This document shows, piece by piece, positions 17,251 through 26,502 of a stretch of 58,177 nt of DNA. The stretch is from positions 1 to 58,177 of the forward strand of contig JBBDNW010000231.1 in NCBI GenBank assembly GCA_040877375.1. Reading direction: 5' to 3'. A program made the position numbers and the translations under genes. Every line of letters starts with the position of its first letter. Within the stretch, counting starts at the first letter, position 1. The stretch is from Pirellulales bacterium. Lineage in GTDB: Bacteria; Planctomycetota; Planctomycetia; Pirellulales; UBA1268. The notes under the pieces were generated by a model that was given only the letters and a program-made list of their open reading frames with translations, was not told the origin of the DNA and searched no databases.

Positions 17251-18777
17251 CTACATCGCGAAGAAGTCTCGGATCTTGCGGAAGATGTCCTGCACTTCGG
17301 GCGTGGCCCGCTCGACGCCCGCGATCGCCTGAGTCCGCTCGGCCAGCCGCAGCCGCAGCGACACACCGAGCGTCTCGACCAGTTCCGGATGTGCGGCGAG
17401 GATCGCTCCGAACGACTCCTTGCCTACCTCGAGCAGCCGAGTTTCCTCGAGTGCGGTGACCGTCGCCACGCGGGGGGCGCCGGTCATGAGCGACATCTCG
17501 CCAAAATGATCACCCGCGCCGAGGATCGCCAGACGGACGGGCGGAAGGTCGCCCTCGTGGGCCGTCACCCCCATCCGCCCGGACATGATCACGAACATGC
17601 TGTCGCCAGCGGCTCCCTGACGAATCACCTGCTCGCCCATGGCATAGACGCGGTCGGCGGTGTCCCTCGCCAGCGTCTTGATCAGTTCGAGGCCGAGCGG
17701 CTCGAGCAGACCGACCCGCTTAAGACACTCGATCCGACGGGCCACGATCGTTTCGGGCGGCTCCGAGAGAGCCGCCGGCAGTTCGGTGAGCCGCACGGCA
17801 TGGGTCGCGACCGGGATTTCGATGCCGTGACGAGACAGCGCATACCAGATCCGGTCGCGGGCCATCCCGTCCACGCGGTCGCGCTTGTCAAACTCAGTCG
17901 TGAACAGTCGCACCCAGTGCTCGACGCCGCGTTCCTTGAAGTCGTTGGTAACGACCGAGGGCGCTGGATGCTCCAAGACTCCAAAGCTCCCTCGGATCGC
18001 CTCAAGGATGATCGCCTGCACACGCTGCGGCGATACGTCATAGGGAGTGATCACGAACAGGCTCCGCCGCGACCATCGTTCGGGCTTGGTGAAGTTGCGG
18101 ATCGAGGCCTGCGCGAGCTGGCCGTTGGGGACGATCACATAGGCCTCGTCGAGGGTGATCACCTTCGTGGCCCGCCAGTTGATCTCGACCACGCGACCAA
18201 TGTGGGACTGATTCTGGTCGTATTGGATCCAATCCCCGACATCAAACGGGTGCTCGGCATGGATCGCCAGCCCTGAAAACACATTGCCGAGCGTGTCCTT
18301 GAGGGCGAAGCCGAGGGCGGCGGTGACGAGTGCCGAGCCGGTAAACAGGTTGCCGGCGTTGACGCCCGACTCGTAGAGGATGGCGACGACGGCCGCGGCC
18401 AGCATCAGCCAGCGGAAAACGTCGAGGAAGATCTGCGGAATTGGCTTCGCGAACCGTTCCCAGAGCGACACGACAACGACGAGCAGGAGTGACTGCAGGA
18501 GTGAGGCCAGCAGGAAAAACCGTGCGCCGTCGACGGCGAGTTCGGGTGCGTCGGGCGACTCCGGGAAGATCAGCGACGCGAGGAATGGGAGGGGCGCGAG
18601 GAACATGAGGATCAGCGGCCAGACCGTCAGTCGCCGGCGACCGCGGGGCAGCGTCACCGTGACCACCACCCAGGCGACCACGGCGACGATGAGCTTCCTT
18701 TGCAGTTCGCCGCTGGACGACCAGAGATCCAGGGCCGCGAACATGATCGGCAGCGGCAGAAATGGCAGCGCGGGCAT
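17251..18777 (-). CDS. MscS-family mechanosensitive channel with a C-terminal cyclic-nucleotide-binding domain
   Basis: Track ORF 17251..19062, with the start at MPALPFLPL (ATG 18775-18777). The MscS core is FSGLAIHAEHPFDVGDWIQY...VVEINWRATKVITLDEAYVIVPNGQLA. The CNB domain is VIRQGAAGDSMFVIMSG...GAGDHFGEMSLMTGAPRVATVTA. Confidence 0.85.
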   Translation of the reverse strand: MPALPFLPLPIMFAALDLWSSSGELQRKLIVAVVAWVVVTVTLPRGRRRLTVWPLILMFLAPLPFLASLIFPESPDAPELAVDGARFFLLASLLQSLLLVVVVSLWERFAKPIPQIFLDVFRWLMLAAAVVAILYESGVNAGNLFTGSALVTAALGFALKDTLGNVFSGLAIHAEHPFDVGDWIQYDQNQSHIGRVVEINWRATKVITLDEAYVIVPNGQLAQASIRNFTKPERWSRRSLFVITPYDVSPQRVQAIILEAIRGSFGVLEHPAPSVVTNDFKERGVEHWVRLFTTEFDKRDRVDGMARDRIWYALSRHGIEIPVATHAVRLTELPAALSEPPETIVARRIECLKRVGLLEPLGLELIKTLARDTADRVYAMGEQVIRQGAAGDSMFVIMSGRMGVTAHEGDLPPVRLAILGAGDHFGEMSLMTGAPRVATVTALEETRLLEVGKESFGAILAAHPELVETLGVSLRLRLAERTQAIAGVERATPEVQDIFRKIRDFFAM

Positions 18778-19027
18778 CGGGACGGCCTGACAATCAGGGG
18801 ATCGGGGAGCGGCCCGCGATTGTGGCGGGATGCGGCCGGGGCGACAAACGCACCCGCCTGCAAGCCTCGCGGCGCCGGCCGCGCGGAGCCCCGCCCGGCC
18901 CCTGTGGGGATGCCCCGTTTCCGGGTGTGTTCGGCCGTGATGGACTCCAGGGGCCCAATACGCTATCTTTCCGGCGATCCGGGTGGCCGATGGGCGTCCT
19001 CCCGTTGATCGATGTTGCGGAGTTGGC

Positions 19028-19222
19028 ATGGTCAAGTTGACGGTTCGTGAGCGTGAAAGCATTCAAGAGGCGGTTCGCCGCTTCCGCAAACTCGTGGAGC
19101 GGAGCGGCATCAAGAAAGAGATGCGCCGCCGGGAGTTCTTCGAGAAGCCGAGCGAGACGAAGCGTCGCGCCCGCCTCCGTGCTGAGCGCCGCACCAAGCG
19201 AAATCGCCTTCTCGGCGTGTAG
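19028..19222 (+). CDS. rpsU: 30S ribosomal protein S21
   Basis: [48 protein letters not shown] (ATG 19028). Confidence 0.9.
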   Translation: MVKLTVRERESIQEAVRRFRKLVERSGIKKEMRRREFFEKPSETKRRARLRAERRTKRNRLLGV

Positions 19223-19236
19223 CCCGCGGCCGCAGT

Positions 19237-19270
19237 GCCAGGAAGCCCCAAGCGCGAGCGCGGGGACACC
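19237..19270 (-). repeat. Intergenic repeat family: module D (reverse orientation)
   Basis: 'ccaggaagccccaagcgcgagcgcgggga' lies between the convergent rpsU and nadC genes. Confidence 0.8.
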
Positions 19271-19273
19271 GGC

Positions 19274-20224
19274 TCACTTCCAGTCGAGGGCGACGTCGAG
19301 CCACGGGGCGTCGTGCGTCGGCCAGCCCGTGCTGACGCGATCGACGCCCGTTGCCGCGATCGCCGCGACCGTCTCGGGACGTATCCCGCCCGACGCCTCC
19401 AACACCACCTGCGGCGCGAGCCGGTTTCGCATCTCGACGCACCGCGTTAACTGGGTGATGTCCATGTTGTCGAGGAGCACGATGTCGGGGCCGGCCATGA
19501 GCACCGCCTCCAACTGCGTGACCGTGTCGATCTCGACCTCCACTACCATCAGCGACGACCGTGACGGCGGAAAGGTCTTCAGCACGAAGCCGCGGCCGGT
19601 GCGGACGGCGTCGGCCGGACTCATCCCATTTGCAGCCGCGGCAGCCAGATGGTTGTCCTTGATGAGCACCGCGTCGTAGAGCCCGAGGCGGTGGTTCCAG
19701 CCGCCCCCCATCCGGACGGCATACTTGTCGAGCAGCCGCCAGCCAGGCACGGTCTTCCGCGTGTCGTAGACGCGGCAGGGCGTGCCCACGACGGAGTCCA
19801 CGAGCCGCCGCGTCGCCGTCGCGACCCCCGAGAGCCGGCCGAGGAGGTTGAGCACAGTCCGTTCCGCGGTGAGCACGCTCCGCGTCGCGCCCACGAGCGT
19901 CGCGACCGTGTCGCCGGCCCGGACAACGTCGCCATCGGCCGCGACGGGCCGGAAGATCAGGTGCGGATCGGCCACCCCCGCCACGATCGCCGCGGCGGGA
20001 AGCCCGGCGATCACGCCGGGCTTGCGGGCCACCACGTCGAGTTCGCACCGGGCGGCGGGTGGGATCAGGCCGACACTCGTCCAGTCGCATTCATGGCCAA
20101 GATCCTCGAAAAGCCAGTCTCGTGCCCGGGCCGCGACATGGTCGGCAAGCAGGCCGTCCCACACGAGCTGGCGGAAGCCCGGGCCGCGGGCCGAATCGAG
20201 CATCGGGATTTCAAGGTCGCTCAT
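19274..20224 (-). CDS. nadC: Nicotinate-nucleotide pyrophosphorylase (quinolinate phosphoribosyltransferase)
   Basis: Track ORF 19274..20317, with the start at MSDLEIPM (ATG 20222-20224). Motifs: TRKTVPGWRLLDKYAVRMGGGWNHRLGLYDAVLIKDNH...VEVEIDT...LLDNM...EASGGI. Confidence 0.9.
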   Translation of the reverse strand: MSDLEIPMLDSARGPGFRQLVWDGLLADHVAARARDWLFEDLGHECDWTSVGLIPPAARCELDVVARKPGVIAGLPAAAIVAGVADPHLIFRPVAADGDVVRAGDTVATLVGATRSVLTAERTVLNLLGRLSGVATATRRLVDSVVGTPCRVYDTRKTVPGWRLLDKYAVRMGGGWNHRLGLYDAVLIKDNHLAAAAANGMSPADAVRTGRGFVLKTFPPSRSSLMVVEVEIDTVTQLEAVLMAGPDIVLLDNMDITQLTRCVEMRNRLAPQVVLEASGGIRPETVAAIAATGVDRVSTGWPTHDAPWLDVALDWK

Positions 20225-20303
20225 GCTGCCTGTGGCACCGCGGTTCCGGGAAAGGCGATCGCGTATCCTATCAAGGAATATTCCCTCCCGCTCCGGTCTG
20301 AAT

Positions 20304-20687
20304 ATGCAACCCGACACGCCCGAACCGTCTCTCCTGCCGCGTCACACTCAGCCGATCATCGTCGCCGCCGTGTGTGTCTCCCTGGCCGCGATGGCGGCCT
20401 GGTACGTGGGGCAGGGGGGTCTGTCCGGCGGCCTGGTCCACCACGATGCGCCACCGGCTACGGCCGGCCATTTCACCGTCAACGTCAACCAGGCAGGCGT
20501 CAACGAACTGGCCCAGCTGCCGGAGCTCGGCATGGCGACGGCCCAGCGGATCATCGACCACCGCCGTGAACACGGCCCCTTCGCCTCTCTCGATGCGCTG
20601 CTCGACGTACCCGGCATCGGGCCGGCCACGCTCGAGGCGATTCGGCCCCATCTCCGGCCCATCCGTCCCCGGACGACGTCGCCATGA
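20304..20687 (+). CDS. comEA: ComEA-like helix-hairpin-helix DNA-binding protein
   Basis: This is the C-terminal part of track ORF 19782..20687, with the start at MQPDTPEP (ATG 20304). It has a TM segment followed by [55 protein letters not shown]. Its stop overlaps the uvrB ATG (ATGA). Confidence 0.8.
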   Translation: MQPDTPEPSLLPRHTQPIIVAAVCVSLAAMAAWYVGQGGLSGGLVHHDAPPATAGHFTVNVNQAGVNELAQLPELGMATAQRIIDHRREHGPFASLDALLDVPGIGPATLEAIRPHLRPIRPRTTSP

Positions 20688-22762
20688 GCCCCGCCTCGAC
20701 CGCACTTCACCCGGGCATCTTCGAACTCGTCGCCCCATACGAGCCGGCGGGCGACCAGCCGGCCGCGATCGAGACCCTCGTCCGAGGCGTCTCCGAGGGT
20801 CAGGCGTCGCAGGTGCTGATGGGCGTGACCGGGTCGGGCAAGACGTTCACGATGGCCAACGTCATCGCCCGCGTAGGCCGGCCGACGCTCGTGCTCTCAC
20901 ACAACAAGACACTCGCGGCCCAGCTCTACGCCGAGTTTCGCGACTTCTTTCCACACAACGCCGTTCACTATTTCGTTAGCTACTACGACTACTACCAGCC
21001 CGAGGCCTACATCCCGCAGCGCGACATCTACATCGAGAAGGATGCCGCGATCAACAAGGAGATCGATCGGCTCCGCCTGGCCGCGACCAGCGCGCTGGTC
21101 AGCCGCCGCGACGTCATCGTGGTCGCCAGCGTGTCGTGTATCTACGGCCTCGGATCGCCCGACGACTACCGGGCGATGGTCGTGCGGCTGGCGACCGGGA
21201 TGAAGGTGTCCCGCGATCAGTTGCTCGCGCGGCTCGTCGCCGTGCACTACGAGCGGAGCGACATCGCCCTCGAGCGGGGCAAGTTTCGCGTCCGCGGCGA
21301 TTCAGTCGACATCTGGCCCCCATACGACGAAATCGCCTGCCGGGTCGAGTTCTGGGGCGACACGGTCGAATCGATCGCGATCACGCATCCCACCAGCGGC
21401 GAGGTGGCGGCAAAGAAGGACGAGATGTATTTCTATCCCGCCCGCCACTTCGTGATGCCGGAGGACCGGATCAAGGCGGCCGTGGCGAGCATCCGCGCGG
21501 AACTAGACCAGCGGCTCGAGGAACTGAAGTCGCAGGGCAAGCTGCTGGAGGCCCAGCGGCTCAACGCCCGCACGCGGTTTGACATCGAAATGCTCATGGA
21601 GGCCGGCTTCTGCCCCGGCATCGAAAACTACTCGCGGCTTCTCTCGGGACGGCCGGCGGGCAGCACGCCCGGCACGCTTTTCAACTACTTCCCAAACGAC
21701 TTCCTATTCTTCGTCGATGAATCGCACGTGACCGTCCCACAGGTTCGCGGCATGTACGCGGGCGACCGCAGCCGCAAGATGACGCTGGTCGACCACGGCT
21801 TCCGGCTGCCCAGCGCCCTCGACAACCGGCCGCTGATGTTCGACGAATGGGAGCAGCGGCTTCACCAGACGGTCTTCGTGTCGGCCACGCCCGGCCCCTG
21901 GGAGCTCACCCGCACGGGTGGCGAAGTCGTGGAGCAGTTGATTCGGCCCACCGGCCTGCTCGACCCAGTGATCGAGATCGTGCCGGCGAAGCAGCAGGTC
22001 GTGCACCTCTCCGGCGAGATCGAAAAGGTGGTCGCCGCCGGCCAACGGGTGCTCGTGACCACGCTCACCAAGAAACTCGCCGAGGATCTCACAGCCTACT
22101 ACCAGAAGCGAAAGGTTCGCTGTCAGTGGCTTCACAGCGAACTCGACGCCTTCGAGCGCGTGGAACTCCTTCGTGACCTTCGCGCGGGGAAGTTCGACGT
22201 CCTCGTGGGTGTGAATCTCCTCCGCGAAGGGCTCGACCTGCCCGAGGTATCGCTCGTGGCCATTCTCGATGCTGACAAGGAGGGCTTCCTGCGGAGCGAA
22301 ACGTCGCTGATGCAGACGATCGGACGCTCGGCCCGCAACGTCGACGCCCGCGTGATCCTCTACGCCGACACGATGACCGAGTCGATGCAGATGGCGGTCG
22401 ACGAGACGCGGCGGCGGCGGGCCCTGCAGGAGGAATACAACCGCGAGCACGGCATCACGCCAGAAACGGTCCGCAAGGAGATCCGGGCCGGCATCGAGTC
22501 TGAGGCGAGTTCCAGGGCAGTGGCCTTCGAGGCTGTCGGGGCGGGCGACGATTCACGACGACGAGCGGCCGAGGTGATCGAGCAGTTGGAATCCGACATG
22601 ATGCAGGCGGCAGCCGAGCTCGACTTCGAACGAGCGGCCCGGATTCGTGACGAGATCGCCGCGCTTCGCGATGGGCGGACCGGCTCGCCACGGGCCGGCC
22701 CGCGCGGCCGCAAGGGCAGGGGGGGCTCTGCAGGACGGATTCCCAAGCCGAGATCGATCTGA
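20684..22762 (+). CDS. uvrB: Excinuclease ABC subunit B
   Basis: Motifs: [34 protein letters not shown], and a C-terminal UVR motif ([17 protein letters not shown]). Confidence 0.97.
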   Translation: MSPASTALHPGIFELVAPYEPAGDQPAAIETLVRGVSEGQASQVLMGVTGSGKTFTMANVIARVGRPTLVLSHNKTLAAQLYAEFRDFFPHNAVHYFVSYYDYYQPEAYIPQRDIYIEKDAAINKEIDRLRLAATSALVSRRDVIVVASVSCIYGLGSPDDYRAMVVRLATGMKVSRDQLLARLVAVHYERSDIALERGKFRVRGDSVDIWPPYDEIACRVEFWGDTVESIAITHPTSGEVAAKKDEMYFYPARHFVMPEDRIKAAVASIRAELDQRLEELKSQGKLLEAQRLNARTRFDIEMLMEAGFCPGIENYSRLLSGRPAGSTPGTLFNYFPNDFLFFVDESHVTVPQVRGMYAGDRSRKMTLVDHGFRLPSALDNRPLMFDEWEQRLHQTVFVSATPGPWELTRTGGEVVEQLIRPTGLLDPVIEIVPAKQQVVHLSGEIEKVVAAGQRVLVTTLTKKLAEDLTAYYQKRKVRCQWLHSELDAFERVELLRDLRAGKFDVLVGVNLLREGLDLPEVSLVAILDADKEGFLRSETSLMQTIGRSARNVDARVILYADTMTESMQMAVDETRRRRALQEEYNREHGITPETVRKEIRAGIESEASSRAVAFEAVGAGDDSRRRAAEVIEQLESDMMQAAAELDFERAARIRDEIAALRDGRTGSPRAGPRGRKGRGGSAGRIPKPRSI

Positions 22763-22783
22763 GCCACCGCTGACAACCACGCC

Positions 22784-23848
22784 ATGCCTCGTTCCAAAGC
22801 ATCCACGCAGACCACCGCAGAAGCCGTTCTCTCCGACCCGGCGACACTGCTGGAGGCCGTCTGCCGGGTCTCGGCCGACTACATCCTCGTCATCGACCAC
22901 GAGCGAAAAATACGATTCTGTAATCGCGTGGACGCCGGCTTCACCATCGACCAGGTGGTCGGGAGGAGCATCGTCGACTTCACCGTCGACGACACGGCCG
23001 TCCGGCTGCGGCAGGCAGTCGACGACGTCTTTGAGACACGCTCGGAACGCTCGCTGGAGACCACCGTTCGCGGTCTCGACGGCAGCATCAACGAGTTCTC
23101 GCTCCACATGGGGCCTGTGCTCTATGACGGCCGTGTGGTAGCGGTCATGATCTGCTGCGAGAACATCTCGCAACTCAAAGCCTCCGAGCGGGCACTGCAC
23201 CGTGAGCGAAACGTGCTGCGGCGGCTGATTGAGATCCAGGAACGCGAGCGGCAGCTCGTGTCTTACGAAATCCACGACGGGCTCGCGCAGTATCTCGCCG
23301 GGGCGCTGATGCACCTCGAGGCCTGCCAGCACGCCCAGCGCGACCGCCCCGCATCGCAGGAACTCGAGGAGGGCATCCGCCTGCTCCGCGCGGCCGCCGA
23401 GGAGTCGCGGCGGCTCATCGGTGGTCTGCGGCCGCCGGCGCTCGATGAACTGGGGATCGTCGATGCGATCGAATCACTCGTCGCCGACGCGCGGGTAGAG
23501 ATTTCGAACGTCTCCTTCACGCACAGCCTGCCTGGGGAACGCCTGCCGTCCGGCCTCGAAACCACGATCTTCCGAATCGTTCAGGAAGCGCTCTCAAACG
23601 CCCGAAAGCACGCGGAGGCCGGGGCTGTCAGGGTGGTGGTCGAGCGCATCGGTGACGCCGTGCGAGTCGCGATCGAGGACGATGGCCGGGGCTTCGAACC
23701 CGCCACCGTTCCTGAGCAGCGGTTCGGGATCGAGGGTATCCGGCAGCGGTGCCGGCTCCTGGGCGTGGAGCCCCGGATCGAATCGATCCGGGGCCAGGGA
23801 ACCAGGATCGAGGCGGTGCTACCCGTCACGGGCGAACCGGCCCGCTAA
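22784..23848 (+). CDS. PAS-domain sensor histidine kinase (HisKA_3/NarX-DegS type)
   Basis: The PAS-like N-terminus is followed by an H-box SYEIHDGLAQYL and HATPase_c (EALSNARKHA...DDGRGF...GIEGIRQR). Confidence 0.85.
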   Translation: MPRSKASTQTTAEAVLSDPATLLEAVCRVSADYILVIDHERKIRFCNRVDAGFTIDQVVGRSIVDFTVDDTAVRLRQAVDDVFETRSERSLETTVRGLDGSINEFSLHMGPVLYDGRVVAVMICCENISQLKASERALHRERNVLRRLIEIQERERQLVSYEIHDGLAQYLAGALMHLEACQHAQRDRPASQELEEGIRLLRAAAEESRRLIGGLRPPALDELGIVDAIESLVADARVEISNVSFTHSLPGERLPSGLETTIFRIVQEALSNARKHAEAGAVRVVVERIGDAVRVAIEDDGRGFEPATVPEQRFGIEGIRQRCRLLGVEPRIESIRGQGTRIEAVLPVTGEPAR

Positions 23849-23849
23849 A

Positions 23850-24090
23850 TCGCATCCGCTCTTGCTAGAGCGGTGAGAAGGCATCTCGGAGACGGGAGCG
23901 AGGGGGTCGCAACGCATTGCCTCGGGTGCCCACAAGAAGCCCGGAGCGCAAGCGATGGGAAAGCGGCTGGCGACCATAAGCGTGGTGCGGAGCAGCGCGG
24001 GATGGCGGGCGAACTCCCCGCGCTTGCGCTTGGGGCTTCCTGACGGGAGCGAGGGAGCCGGCAAAACACCACAGTCGAATCCGCTCGAAA
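23850..24090. repeat. Intergenic repeat family: D-partner + D, with flanking related sequence
   Basis: 'aagaagcccggagcgcaagcgatggg' ... 'ctccccgcgcttgcgcttggggcttcctgacgggagc' ... 'cacagtcgaatccgctc'. Confidence 0.75.
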
Positions 24091-24101
24091 CCCCCGCTGC
24101 G

Positions 24102-24377
24102 TCAGGCGGCCGCCTTCCGCAGGCCTTCGATTGACCGTCCGAGGCGGCGGCGTCCACCCGAGGCCGGGTCCGTAGCCCCCGCCGAGTCGAGGACCGTCGG
24201 TTCCTTCGTCACCGCGAGGCGGTCGCGGAGCGTCTGGGCGAGGTTGGCGCCGAGATCCTCGTCGCGGCTCCGCGTGCCCACGTCCTCGATCGCGTCGACC
24301 AGTCCGAGGACGACCGCCTGCCGCACGCCTTCACGCACCCACTGGAAGAAACTCATCGTCATCCCCTCCTTGGACAC
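24102..24377 (-). CDS. Hypothetical small protein
   Basis: MSKEGMTMSFFQWVREGVRQAVVLGLVDAIEDVG... has plausible coding composition and lies 68 nt downstream of the FHA-PP2C gene on the same strand. I do not recognise a family. Confidence 0.35.
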   Translation of the reverse strand: MSKEGMTMSFFQWVREGVRQAVVLGLVDAIEDVGTRSRDEDLGANLAQTLRDRLAVTKEPTVLDSAGATDPASGGRRRLGRSIEGLRKAAA

Positions 24378-24445
24378 CGCCTCGTAACCGGGCCGGCGTA
24401 CTGCAGTATTGCGGCACGCCCTCCGACATGAGACGTATCGGCGGC

Positions 24446-26227
24446 TCAGCCGCCCGCCTGCATCCGCACGCCGCGGCGTGCGGAACCCGGTTTCTGGGCA
24501 GGATGTGCCGGCCCGGAAAGGTCACCGGATCGGCCCACGCAGACCAGGCAGATGTCGTCGCTGCGGATCTGGCCGGCGGCGTGGTGTTCGACGTCGGCAA
24601 GAATCCGCCGCCCGAGGTCGGCGGCGCCGGCGGCGGGGCCCGCCATCATGCGTTCCAGCCGCTCGATCCCGTAGCAACGCTGATCGTGGTCGAGCGCCTC
24701 GCTGATGCCGTCGGTACAAAACACGAGCGTCGTGCCCACATCCAGAGCCACCTCGCACGAACGAAACTCACAGTCGCCGGCCATGCCCAGGGGCAGGCCA
24801 CCGAGGTCCGCGGCCACCTGCCGCACGGCACCGGACGATTCACGCAGGAAGACCGGCAAATGCCCCGCGTTGCACATGGTCGCGATGTGCCGTGTCGGAT
24901 CGAGCACCGCCACGACGAGCGTGGCAAACCGGTCGTCCCAACCGCCACGTAGAAAACTCTCGTTGATCTGCGCCACCGCCTTGCCGAGATCGCGTTCGCT
25001 GGCGAGACAGTAGCGGACGTCGGCCGAAAGCGTTGCCATGAGCAGGGCCGCCGCGACCCCCTTCCCGGAGACGTCCGCCAGCACCACGGCGAGACGGCCC
25101 TCGGCGAGCGGCACGTAGGCAAAGAAATCGCCCCCCACGTGCCGGGCCGACTCGTAGAAGTCAAAGATTTCATACCCCGCAACCTCTGGTGGCCGCGACG
25201 GGAGCAGCCCCTGCTGCACCCTCTGGGCCAGTTCGAGGTCGCGATTGAGCTGCTCGCGGGCAATGCGGTCGTCGTGAGACAGCGCCTGTTCGACCGCCTG
25301 CGACGCCTGTCCTGCGAGGCCCGCGAGCACCTCGAGATCAGCCTCGTCGAAGCCGTCGCGGACATCCCGCGAATCGACCTGCACCACCCCGAGCAGGCTG
25401 CCGTCGCTGCGGACCACAGGTACGCACATCACCGAACGGATTCGGCAGTCGACGATGCTCTCGTTGGCGTTGAAGCGGCTGTCGGTAGACGCATCCGCGG
25501 AGAGGATCGCCCGCCGGGTCTCCGCCACCGTATTGATCAGCGAGAGGCTCAGCCGCAGCGGTCCGCTGGCGACGGCGGCCCCGTCCTTGATGCGGCGGGC
25601 GCGGAGCACCAGCCGGCCCGACTGGGGTTCGACCAGCAGCACAAAGCCGCGGTCGGCCGAAGGGAACACCCGCAGCAGGCCGTCGAGGAGCCGCGGCAGC
25701 ACGTCGTCGAGCGAGAGCGAGCCGCCGAGGGCGCGGTTGAGACCGATCAGGGCTCGGAGTTTGGCCTCGGCATGTTCGCCGACACCGTCGTCGGGGGCCG
25801 GCAGTGGAAGCTCCCGCTGCGACACGATCACGGCGTCGCTGTCGAAGAGCACATCGCCTGCCACGTCGGTTTCGGGGGCGGCAACGAGACCCGAGGCTCG
25901 CGGCCGGCGGCGGGCGGTCGCCAGGAACACCAGCCTCTGACCGCAGATCGAGACCTCATCGCCGTCCTCGAGCCGACGCTTGGCATTGAGGGGCACGCCA
26001 TTGACGAGCGTTCCATTGCGGCTCCGCAGGTCCTCGATAAACGTGGCCCCGTCCTCGAGCGTCACCGCCGCGTGCTGACGGCTCACGGCCGCGACATCGA
26101 GGACGATGTCACACCCCGGGTGGCGGCCAACGACGGCGCGAGGGCCGGCGATCGTGAATCGGGCACCGCGGCGGCCGTTGGTTTGCAGTTCGAGAAAAGG
26201 CACGGCAGGAAGATGGCGATGGCCCAC
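24446..26227 (-). CDS. FHA domain + GAF domain + PP2C/SpoIIE-type serine phosphatase
   Basis: FHA: FTIAGPRAVVGRHPGCDIVLDVAAVSRQHAAV...SRNGTLVNG. There is a central GAF-like region. SpoIIE: GGDFFAYVPL..VVLADVSGKGVAAALLMA...FCTDGISEA. Confidence 0.85.
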   Translation of the reverse strand: MGHRHLPAVPFLELQTNGRRGARFTIAGPRAVVGRHPGCDIVLDVAAVSRQHAAVTLEDGATFIEDLRSRNGTLVNGVPLNAKRRLEDGDEVSICGQRLVFLATARRRPRASGLVAAPETDVAGDVLFDSDAVIVSQRELPLPAPDDGVGEHAEAKLRALIGLNRALGGSLSLDDVLPRLLDGLLRVFPSADRGFVLLVEPQSGRLVLRARRIKDGAAVASGPLRLSLSLINTVAETRRAILSADASTDSRFNANESIVDCRIRSVMCVPVVRSDGSLLGVVQVDSRDVRDGFDEADLEVLAGLAGQASQAVEQALSHDDRIAREQLNRDLELAQRVQQGLLPSRPPEVAGYEIFDFYESARHVGGDFFAYVPLAEGRLAVVLADVSGKGVAAALLMATLSADVRYCLASERDLGKAVAQINESFLRGGWDDRFATLVVAVLDPTRHIATMCNAGHLPVFLRESSGAVRQVAADLGGLPLGMAGDCEFRSCEVALDVGTTLVFCTDGISEALDHDQRCYGIERLERMMAGPAAGAADLGRRILADVEHHAAGQIRSDDICLVCVGRSGDLSGPAHPAQKPGSARRGVRMQAGG

Positions 26228-26275
26228 GGGCCAGGCCGTGGGTATGACGCAGAACGCGGACGGGCGAAGCCGGAA

Positions 26276-26304
26276 TTGCCGAGCCGGCCCGCGGGGAGTA
26301 ATCT
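26276..26304 (+). promoter_or_regulatory. Sigma-70-like promoter candidate for tRNA-Gln
   Basis: TTGCCG (26276-26281), a 17-nt spacer, then TAATCT (26299-26304), about 18 nt upstream of the tRNA. Confidence 0.45.
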
Positions 26305-26321
26305 CCGCTCACCGCATCCAT

Positions 26322-26392
26322 TGGGGAATGGTGTAACGGTAGCACGACTGGCTCTGAACCAGTTAGTCTAGGTTCGAATCCTAGTTCCCCAG
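26322..26392 (+). tRNA. tRNA-Gln (anticodon CUG)
   Basis: tggggaatggtgtaacggtagcacgactggctCTGaaccagttagtctaggttcgaatcctagttccccag. Confidence 0.9.
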
Positions 26393-26397
26393 TTTTG

Positions 26398-26490
26398 ATC
26401 CCTCACGCGCCGGGGGGCTGGCCGAGCAATCCCTCACGCGCCGGGGGGCTGGCCAAGCAATCCCTCACGCGCCGGGAAGCTGGCCGGGCA
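26398..26490 (+). repeat. Three head-to-tail 31-bp direct repeats (iteron-like)
   Basis: Copies are 26398-26428 atccctcacgcgccggggggctggccgagca, 26429-26459 (1 mismatch) and 26460-26490 (3 mismatches). The array begins 5 nt after tRNA-Gln and ends 12 nt before the ATG of the cyclase gene. Confidence 0.9.
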
Positions 26491-26502
26491 GGCGAAGGGC
26501 TC

